Assembly: GCF_006345805.1 (NCBI RefSeq)
Contig: NC_043022.1
Coordinates: forward strand, 25,420,001 to 25,484,000
Length of the DNA stretch: 64,000 bases
Reading direction: 5' to 3'
Origin: Octopus sinensis
Taxonomy: Eukaryota
Of the stretch, positions 54,012 to 64,000 are shown in pieces (the first letter of the stretch is position 1; the number at the start of each line of letters is the position of its first letter). Below the pieces are notes generated by a model. The model saw only the letters and a list, made by a program, of their open reading frames with translations, searched no databases and had not been told where the DNA came from. A program made the translations under genes and the position numbers.

Positions 54012-54567
54012 ACGAGGAAAACGCCCCCCCCCCGTCCAAAGGACGGTGCTGAATCATATCTGCTGAATGAAAAGCAATCAGTGTTTTCTGTTCATTAAAA
54101 AATAATTAAGCATGCTTTTATTTCAATAAAATTTTTGGTTTTGTTATACGAAGTTAGGGCAAGAAAAAAAACTTTTTGAGAAACCAAATAGTCTTTCCAT
54201 CCTTCATGTCAAGTTTGAAGAAAATATCTCTTTTGCATCTTACTTTTTTGGTCTCTTAAATATACTGCATTTTGTGGCATTATTTCAATCCAGCCGGCTT
54301 TTTTTTGCGCAAACTGCACGTACATTTATCTCGCGTACGCGTAGTATCGATCGCAACATCTGATGTACTTGCGCGTACAAATGCACGTTCTCACTGCTTT
54401 ATCCATCGCAATCTCACCTGGAATAGACTTTTGTAATTTTTTCAAGATTTATACACGCCCTGATACTGTCGGTATCTACATATCAAATTTGAGCGCAATC
54501 GGATGGAGGATGCCCGAGATCCTAGAAGACACACGCACACACAGACAGAACGGATTTTATATAAGAT
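54012..54567 (+). mobile_element. Full Helitron/HINE-like non-autonomous element
   Basis: 5' ACGAGGAAAACGC with CCGTCC/GGACGG hairpin; 3' CAAATTTGAGCGCAATCGG..(CA)n CAGACAG..TATATAAGAT; flanked by TA tracts. Confidence 0.6.
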
Positions 54568-54630
54568 ATATATATAATTTGAGATAAGTGTCAATGCATG
54601 AAACTTCTGCCGATGAATTATATTATGCCG

Positions 54631-54694
<64 letters not shown>

Positions 54695-54706
54695 ATTAAT
54701 AAGAAT

Positions 54707-55135
54707 ATTAGGGATAAATCCAAACTTAACAGGGAAAAATCAGATTTAGGATTGAATTCAATTTTATAGTAAAATATTATATTATATTAAATTAGAGATA
54801 AAACACACAATTAGGCAAATCATTCAATGAAAAACTTAAGCCAATACATAAGATTAATTAATTTATATTATTTTAATATTATATCAAAATTATTAAAAAA
54901 AGATAATTAGTATAACACTACGATCGTTTCATGGCTGTCCAATTCGTAAAAATTCGAGTTACAGTCATTTTCACGAATTGGACAGCCATGAAACGATTGT
55001 AGTGTTATACTAATTATCTTTTTTTAATAATTTTGATATATATTTAAAATAATATAAATTAATTAATCTTATGTATTGGCTTAAGTTTTTCATTGAATGA
55101 TTTGCCTAATAGTGGTTTTATCTCTAATATAATAT
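54707..55135. mobile_element. Foldback derivative of pLTR family P3 (arms 54791-54953 and 54967-55128)
   Basis: ~163-bp near-perfect inverted arms, 13-nt loop; homologous to 57048-57375. Confidence 0.85.
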
Positions 55136-55150
55136 ATATAAATAACTATA

Positions 55151-55188
<38 letters not shown>

Positions 55189-55821
55189 ATACTACATACA
55201 CGTTTGGTAAACCAAACGAGTGATAGAGCTTGATATGTAAGTAAATATAGGGGATTAGAATAAAATGTTACAAATATGGCGCTAGCCTAAATGTGGGAAT
55301 AATTTAACTCACTGTTAAAGGAAATATAAATAGATCTCCCACCGTTTCGACGATGACTGTCCAGTCATTCATATTCCGTTACTCGTTTCGATAATGGTGG
55401 CCTATTACCACTGCCCAGTTAATGTATGACACGTTTCCCACCGTTGGGAGACGACTAAAGACAGGTGAAATTACGTTGAAAGATATTGCAGATCGCACAA
55501 AACATCCCGTTCGAAGCTCTAAAAATTTCACACATTCCTTGCCCTTTTTTGAGGCCCCAAAGGGAGGAAAGCAGAGTTGATCGCGGTGCATTTAGATTTC
55601 AGGGCGCACAGGGACGTAAAAAATACCATCATTTTATGCACTTTATCAACATTCGTCTGTGACTGCCATTATATGGATGTATTCGAATAGATTAAATGTT
55701 GTTGGGACATGAAGAATGCCAAGTACGTCATCCAGCTCGGAGTTATGAAAAATCTAGGTTGTCGTGGGTGATATTATAATATAGGAAGTAAAGGGAGGTT
55801 ACCAAAGAGCATAAGGTGTTG

Positions 55822-55871
<50 letters not shown>

Positions 55872-56020
55872 ATCTATCTATCTATCTATCTATCTACTCT
55901 ATCTTATCTACCTACCTACCTATCTATCTACCTATCTATCTATCTACCTATCTACCTATCTACCTACCTATCTAACTATCTATCTACCTACCTACCTACC
56001 TACCTACCTACCTACCTACC

Positions 56021-56063
<43 letters not shown>

Positions 56064-56135
56064 GTCGATCGATCGCGTACTGAGGTAAAAATAAAACCAA
56101 GGCTGTGTAGACATTAGAACATTTGTAGATAGAAG

Positions 56136-56183
56136 GTCTTACAGCTGTTTCCAGGATATTTATTATATCCCTTCATCGAAGAC
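56136..56183 (-). ncRNA. Type-I hammerhead motif, TCGATGA core variant
   Basis: GTCT-TCGATGA-AGGGATAT(AATAA)ATATCCTG-GAAAC-AGCT-GTA-AGAC; palindrome ACAGCTGT. Confidence 0.5.
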
Positions 56184-56373
56184 GGTGTGAGAGGATGCTT
56201 AAGTAATAGTTAATTTAGATAGGATACAAAATAGAGAGTGAGGTGGAAGAAAGAAAATAGATGTGAGATATGTAGGGATATTGAAGTTGTAGATCCATTT
56301 TTTAGGCAGAATGGTATATATGTAAGATTCCAATACCTTATGAGTAAAATCCCAAGAATTTAACATTGGTCAT

Positions 56374-56415
<42 letters not shown>

Positions 56416-56993
56416 TTATATACTCAGGTGCACCTCTCCTACCCATGGATTACTCTGGACTCTATTATATATATATAAATTAAATACAAAATGAGACAAG
56501 AACGCAAAACATTCGGACAGTTAGGTGATACAAAAGTGAGACAACAAACCATCTAGATAGACGATACAAAGAAACCAAGGACGGGTCATTCGAAGTTTTC
56601 TTTTCTCAGTCGAGTACCAGATTATCTTCGCAATTTCGACATCCATCCATCCAGGCGGGTACCGTACGAGCTCTCAGATATAGTCCAGATTCCGGCTAAC
56701 CGTATCGAGTAGTAAGAAGCACCAAAGATTTCATTGGACGAGCAATATATATATTTATATTCATATTTATTATTTTAGAAAAATTACTGGTATCCTTATA
56801 TATTACTATATTTTATATCTTATATGTATAGCATAATATGTTACATGTATGTATGTTATGGTAATTATCAGTTTAGTAAATAAATAAATAAGTTAACATA
56901 ATATAATGTCTAAAAGTTGATGAACCACCTATTGATCCCTTCCATTTTTTTTATTGCGCTCGCTCTTCTCTCTCTCATCTCTCTCTCTCTCTC

Positions 56994-57043
<50 letters not shown>

Positions 57044-57047
57044 AAAT

Positions 57048-57372
57048 ATTAGGGAATAAATCCAAACTTACAGGGAAAATCAGATTTAGGATTGAATCCA
57101 ATTTTATAGTAAAATATTATATTATATTAAATTAGAGTTCATTGATTAAACCTCGCCAAGTTAAATATTTCAATCACCTGAAGAATGACTGTAACTTGAA
57201 TTTTTACGAATTGGACAGCCATGAAACGATCGTAGTGTTATACTAATTATCTTTTTTTTAATAATTTTGATATATATTTAAAATAATATAAATTAATTAA
57301 TCTTATGTATTGGCTTAAGTTTTTCATTGTATGATTTGCCTAATAGTGGTTTTAGCTAATTTAATATAATAT

Positions 57373-57375
<3 letters not shown>
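57048..57375 (+). mobile_element. TA-flanked pLTR family P3, unrearranged
   Basis: Homologous to 54707-55135; carries a canonical HHR. Confidence 0.75.
57175..57237 (+). ncRNA. Type-I hammerhead ribozyme, canonical core
   Basis: CAC-CTGAAGA-ATGACTGT(22 nt)ACAGCCAT-GAAAC-GATC-GTA-GTG; stem II 7/8 bp, palindrome ACGATCGT, GUA site. Confidence 0.8.
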
Positions 57376-57435
<60 letters not shown>

Positions 57436-57439
57436 GTAT

Positions 57440-57632
57440 AGCCATGATCGACCGCTAGCCACTAAAGCTTTTTTTTTTATTCTGTCTCTTTATTTTCTTG
57501 TGTTCCTTTCTGTTGAAGAGGGTAGGTTCGAAACGTAAAAGACTTTCTCACGTTCCCGAGCGTTAAGCTAATACACCTGTTGTTTACATACCTGTCTTCT
57601 TGTTTTATTTTTTTTTTGTTAATTCTAACTAT
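57440..57632 (+). mobile_element. Solo pLTR family P1; degenerate HHR at 57506-57541
   Basis: CTTT-CTGTTGA-A-GAGG(GTAG)GTTC-GAAAC-GTA-AAAG. Confidence 0.65.
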
Positions 57633-58508
57633 ATATATATCACGTATTATCAACTTCTTATCTTATTCTTGTTCGATTAAAGGCTGTTTCGAACATATCC
57701 TGTTGTAATCTACTTTCTCTTTCCATCATTTCTTAACCCCCAGAATAGCAAAATAAAATCCGTTGATTGAACCGGCCCGATAGATGAAGAAGATAGTAAT
57801 ATATCTTGTGAAATGAACCATGTAGCAGAGATGTATGAAATGGCTACCGACTAAGTGGTGCCCCAACATGGCCATATTTCAATGATGGAAACCAGTAAAC
57901 TAATGCATACACGCATACTATAACTTAAACCTATAAATGTATATGTATATGTATATCTGGAGCTGGAGAGAGAAAAAGAGACAAACATGGTTTCATAGAT
58001 AGATGGTTGTTATGGAAGTCTACTATGTTGGAGTGACAAGGGATTAAATCCCGTGTCTATACGACTGAAAGGGAAAATGAATATATGTACATATATATTT
58101 ATATATATATGTGTGTGTGCGTGCGCGTGTCTACGTGCAATATATGCACGTGTGTGTGTATGTATACATATATATACACACACACATATGTATAAGTGTG
58201 GTATATATATATATATACATATGTATAAGTGTGTATATATATACATATATATGTATAAGTGTGTATATATATACATATATATGTATAAGTGTGTATATAT
58301 ATACATATATATGTATAAGTATATATATATATATATACATATATATGTATAAGTATATATATATATATGTATATGTATGTATATATATATATATATATAT
58401 TATAGTATATATATGTATATATATTTATATATACTTGTGTATAGTATATATGTATATGTATGTATATAATATATATATATTATATATATATGTGTATAAG
58501 TATATAGG

Positions 58509-58555
<47 letters not shown>

Positions 58556-58599
58556 GTATGTATATATTATATATATATATGTGTGTATAAGTATATATG

Positions 58600-58650
<51 letters not shown>

Positions 58651-58661
58651 TATATGATGTG

Positions 58662-58692
<31 letters not shown>

Positions 58693-59145
58693 ATATATAT
58701 ATATATGAGGAAATCATTAATTTTGAACATGGCTGCCGTGGATTATTTATGAGCTATTGCTTTTAAAAGTCGGAAATAATTACAACGTTCCTCATAAATC
58801 TAACCAATCTCCGATTCTTGTTATTGCTGTTATTAGTGTTTGTTGTTGTTGTTCTTATTTTTCTTCTTCGCCCTACTGTTGATGTTATTATGTATTTGTT
58901 TGTTTGTTTGTTTTCGTTATCACACTCCTGATCCTCATCATCGTCGTCAACACCATCATCATTACCATCATCCTGATCGCTAATGGTGTTTTCTTTTGCA
59001 TCGTTGACATATAAACGTAACCATCATCAACTTCATCCCCTCCTCCTCCTCCTCATCATCATCATCTCCACTGTCGTCGTCATTATCATCACTTTCTTCA
59101 ATTTAATCTCCACCTTTTTGTGTTGCACATATTTTTTGCTCTTCT

Positions 59146-59860
59146 GGCGACATCCGAGAACACTTCCAGCGGGAGTTGACCATTGACGACAAAGTGTACA
59201 TAAAGTGGTTTTGTCAACTCTGCAGGACGATCACCAGAAGGCTATCACACCAACCTTTGTGGCGGTAGTGACCCGTGCAGTGGAGGATCCAGCACAGTGC
59301 ACCAAAGCACACATGAGCGAAACAAATTGAAGACCTGAAGCTGCAATGTTTTGACCTCGATCATACTAGGCCTAGTACCTATTTCTTTACTACCCACAAG
59401 GGGCTAAGCATAGAGGGGACAAACAAGTACAGACAAACGGATTAAGTCGATTACATTGACCCCAGTGCGTAAGTGGTACTTAATTTATCGACCCCGAAAG
59501 GATGAAAAGCAAAGTCGACCTCGGCAGAATTTGAACTCACAATGTAATGGCAGACGAAATACGTATTTCTTTACTACCCACAAGGAGCAACACACAGAGA
59601 GGACAATCAAGGACAGACAAGCGTAACTGGTACTTATTTAATCGACCACGAAGGGATGAAAGGCAAAGTCGACCTCGGCGGAATTTGAACTCAGACGTAA
59701 AGACAGACGAAATACCGCTAAGCATTCCCTTCGGCGTGCTAACGTTTCTGCCAGCTCGCCATGGTACTAGGCCTAGCACCATGGATCGGAAATCATGGAA
59801 TGACATCATTACCAGAGTCCGTCATCCAGCGACACCCACAGTAGTGTATTGGTTGAGAAG
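59146..59860 (+). pseudogene. RTE-type LINE ORF C-terminal fossil split by a SINE B array (59376-59764, -)
   Basis: GDIREHFQRELTIDDKVYIKWFCQLCR..SHQPLW..APKHT*AKQIEDL..[SINE]..MDRKSWNDII; TSD TACTAGGCCTAG at 59364-75 and 59765-76. Confidence 0.7.
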
Positions 59861-61487
59861 ATAGTCCCCTGTCCCGGTTGCCAGCTAGGGGTCTAAGAAA
59901 GAAAAAGAAAAATTCACTTCCATCATACTCGGTACCATCTACCACCACTACTACCATCACTACCAACAGAAACAACTTTTACAAGAATAGCAATAATAAT
60001 AAATACTACTACTACAATAACAACAACTTGCCCTTCACCACTTTGAAATCCACTCCTTGCCGAAAAGAAGACAATAGCCGGTGAAACTAACACCACCCAC
60101 CTCAGTACACCATATGTTTGTTTCTCTTCTGTTGACTCTAGAAATATCTGTGAAATGACTTCTGGTGAGACTTAAGATAGTACTGTCACTTGTTAGAAAT
60201 GCCATGTCTACTTCAAATGGCACTGTTTCATATAGGAGATTCATTGGGTGACGATTTTAGGTTCATTAATCATGAACTTGGGTTCAAATATGGCTTAGTC
60301 ACGGTAGAAGTGTCCTTGGATTTATTGTTACTTGATTAAGTCTGGGTTTGTGATAAACAGCATCACCAACAACAACAACACTGTGTAATAAAATATTTTT
60401 TTCTCTTCGTTCAGTAAGTCTTAATTCCTATTTGCTTCTATCTGGAAACTATAGGAATTTGCTGCTCTGCCCTTCAGTCTTTGCTTTTGTGACCTGGACA
60501 TCAATGTGTTGAGACTGACTTATTTTCCATTACATTTCTGACAGATTCGGCAATAAGTTGCTGAAGCAGAAATATCATTATAGCAAATATTCTGCTTATT
60601 TCTTCTCGGTTTCTTGTCCTTAACTATTTGAACATGTTCCTTTGTTGCTGATAATATGTGTATCTCTGTTCATGAGCAGGAGTAGTAAGGGAGCATCATA
60701 GCCCTGTGTTGTTGAGAGGGACTATTTGGAGTTTGAATAAATATAACAAAAACAAATTTTGAAGGAAATAGCCATTTTTCATACATTTTAAGGGTAAGCA
60801 AATAAGAAATAAGTTGCTATCCAAGGACAAAGATCGCGTTACACCGTGTAATAAATACAATATCTATGAAACAATAACAACAAAACGGAGCAGTGTCTCG
60901 CATGCTTCGGGTAATACCGGCGTCAAGGGGTTAAGGAGTTATGGCCGAAGGCGAAGTGTGTCATGTAGATCGTGATCTACTAAAGTTGGATAAATGTTAT
61001 GAAGGTCACACTTGGAACACTATGATTCTATATTATTCAGGAACTTTGAGAATCGTGGAATGAAACGATGAAGGTCAAAGCGGGGGTTTATCTCATGCTT
61101 GCAACCCATAGAACTCCTCTAAAGTTACCTGCCAAACCAGGTGGTGGTGTAAAACCAGATGATGTGTTAAGTCACTAATCGAAGAATGATTGATCTAAGA
61201 CTAAAAATCAATATCACAAACGAATGCGAGTCTATGTACTTTACTTGAGCAACTAGAAATAGCAACCAAACCTCTTAAACCAGCTATATTGTCATATAAA
61301 ATACGAACAACACATTACACAGTTCAGTTCAATGTACACAATGTTGGCTCAACCACATAGTTTCTAAGAGATCGCTCAATTTGCTGGAAATAGGAGCCAA
61401 ATCGCCCTCAACATTGTGAATTAAATGATATATAATAAAAAGATAAAATGATTTCTACCTAAAAACCTTTTTTAGAGATAGGATAGT

Positions 61488-61752
61488 TACCTATTTCTTT
61501 ACTACCCACAAGGGGCTAAACACAGAGAGGACAAACAAGGACAGACAAAGGTATTAAGTCGATTATATCGACCCCAGTGCGTAACTGGTACTTAATTAAT
61601 CGACCCCGAAAGGATGAAAGGCAAAGTCGATAGGATAGTTACCACTTCAATATCATCTATATGTCTGCTCAGCGATGAGTTAGACGGCAAGAACAGCAAC
61701 AATAATATACAATACTACTACTACTACTACTACTACTACTGCTGCTACTACC

Positions 61753-61805
<53 letters not shown>

Positions 61806-61863
61806 CACTACTACCACCACCACCACCACTACTGCTACTACTACTACTGCTACCACCACCACC

Positions 61864-61904
<41 letters not shown>

Positions 61905-61920
61905 CACCACCACCACCACC

Positions 61921-61955
<35 letters not shown>

Positions 61956-62283
61956 GTTCTAAAACCACTTCATTCCTCCACTCAACTTGGACACAAAGAT
62001 ACGTCTGAATTGTAATGACAATGGATTCGCCCCAGTTAAACACTGCGCATTGCTATGTCGACCGTCGAGAATAAATACACCGGATGAAATGCTTGGCGGT
62101 ATTTCGTCTGTCGTTACGTTGTGAGTTCAAATTCCGCCGAGGTTGACTTTGCCTTTCATCATTTCGGGGTCGATAAATTAAGTACCAGTTACGCACTGGG
62201 ATCGATGTAATCGACTTAATACCTATGTCTGTCCTTGTTTGTCCCCTCTATGTTTAGTCCCTTCTGGGTAGTAAAGAAATAGG
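61488..62283. mobile_element. SINE B partial (-, 61488-61628), (CTA/CCA)n block, SINE B (+, 62080-62283)
   Basis: Family motifs. Confidence 0.8.
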
Positions 62284-62464
62284 TACAGTAATACTGAGCA
62301 AGTCCATCTTCCTGGATTTGGCTGCTGCTAGTGTGGAACCCTCCAGACGTACCAGCCAACAAAGCAAGGTTTCTGTACTTGACATATCTGGAACGCTTTA
62401 ATCATAAAACTGCTTCAACATGAATGACTTGTTGCTAAACAACAAAATACGGCATTAACGTCGT

Positions 62465-62500
<36 letters not shown>

Positions 62501-63247
62501 CAGAAATAGCAGTGGCAGCTATGGTGGTGGTGGTGGTGGTGGTGGTGGTGGTATTAGTAAGAGTAGTAGTAGGTGTAGTAGTATTCAATGTAGAAAAGAT
62601 TAATGAATAAGTAGAAGACAAGAGATTGAGAGTAAGAAACGGAAGTGACGATAACGATGCCAAGAGTAAAAATGACAAAGCGAAAGCGAAACTGAAAGCG
62701 AAATTGACAAGTAAAAACTTAAACAGAATTTGGCAAAAAAGAAACAGCAAAAGGCACAAGAGCATATTTCATTATCACCAACATCATCAACACCATCACC
62801 ATCATTGCCATCATCATCATCGCCAACACCATTGCCGTCCTTGCCATCATTATCATCATCATCATCATCAATATCGTTGAGAAGAGTATCAACAGCCAAA
62901 TCACCAACCACAAACTACAACTAGAATAACAAGAACTGCAACAACAACAACTATCATGGCCAGAGTGTATATTTGACTCCACTAGTCACAAATCATAAAA
63001 CTCAATATTTATTTTTCTTATTACACACACAACCCCCCACACAAGTGTATGTGTGTATGTATATATATATGTGTCTGTATATGTGTGTGTGAGTATATAT
63101 ATGAGAGTGTATATATATGTGCGTGAGAATATATGTATATATATATGTGAGAGTATATATATATATGAGAGAGTATATATGTGTGTGTGTGTGTGAGTAT
63201 ATATGTACATGTGTGTGTGTATGAGAGTATATATATGCGCGTGAGAG

Positions 63248-63279
<32 letters not shown>

Positions 63280-63932
63280 CGTATATATATATGTGTGTGT
63301 GTATGAGAGTATATATATAATACATATTATATATATATATATATGCGTGTGAGAGTGTATATATAGTGTGTGTATGAGTATATATATATGTGTGTGTCTG
63401 TGTGTGTGTATGAGTATATATATATATATGTGTGTGTGTCTGTGTGTGAGTATATATATATATTATATTATATATATATATATATGTGTGTTGTGTGTGG
63501 TGTGTGGTAGATATGTACATGTGTGTGTGTGTGTGGGTGTGAGTATATATGTACATGTGTGTGTTTGTGCATGTTACAATTAGTTACTGTCTCCGTATTT
63601 TATAATTATTTGATATACATACATACAGGCACACGCGAACACAAGCATATGTATTGTTTTCCGTTTTTGCTATTCTATTTTCTTTCTGCCTGGCGCCATT
63701 TGCGTTATGTCTTCTGACCGAACTATTTTATTGCTATCATAGCTAACACTAACCATTTACCACAGGGACTGATTCCCCGCCGCCCCATCACCGACACCAC
63801 CGCTATCATTATCAAACTTACTAATAACTCTCATATTATCATCTACTAACCAGCAGGAGTATCGCCATTAACTGTAGCACCAGTAAAACCACGAGAATTT
63901 CTATCATCAAAACCATCTCCTCAGCCTGTGTG

Positions 63933-64000
63933 GAGGCACATGGCCTAGTGGTTATAGCAGCGAACTCGTGGTCGAGGGATCACGGGTTCGAATCTCAGAC
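63933..64000 (+). mobile_element. SINE C head, cut by window edge
   Basis: TGGCCTAGTGG A-box, GGTTCGAATC B-box. Confidence 0.85.

Noticed and set aside
55400-55570. Frame QLMYDTFPTVGRRLKTGEITLKDIADR
   Set aside because: Short, no recognised family, weak splice support
60905-60935. piggyBac-like end AAGGGGTTAA
   Set aside because: No matching TTAACCC left end found nearby

Overview
AT-rich, microsatellite-saturated animal DNA. The SINE families point to an octopus-type cephalopod (inference). There is one 100-N gap at 29133-29232. I found no recognisable intact protein-coding gene; almost every ORF in the track is translated (TA)n/(CA)n/triplet repeat or SINE sequence. The window is layered transposon debris: four tRNA-type SINE families (my labels A-D), two mariner fossils, an RTE LINE 3' fossil, a hAT MITE, a GGATC-ended MITE with apparent 7-bp TSDs, Helitron/HINE-like elements, and three distinct Penelope-like (PLE) endonuclease remnants. 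The main signal that no ORF reveals is a set of about 8 type-I hammerhead ribozyme (HHR) motifs in (TA)n-flanked PLE pseudo-LTR modules. Two have a canonical core (9651-9685, 57175-57237). Others carry recurrent core variants, and most have palindromic stem III, which would suggest dimeric folding. One module has been converted into a ~340-bp foldback. All assignments come from reading the sequence by eye, without database searches.
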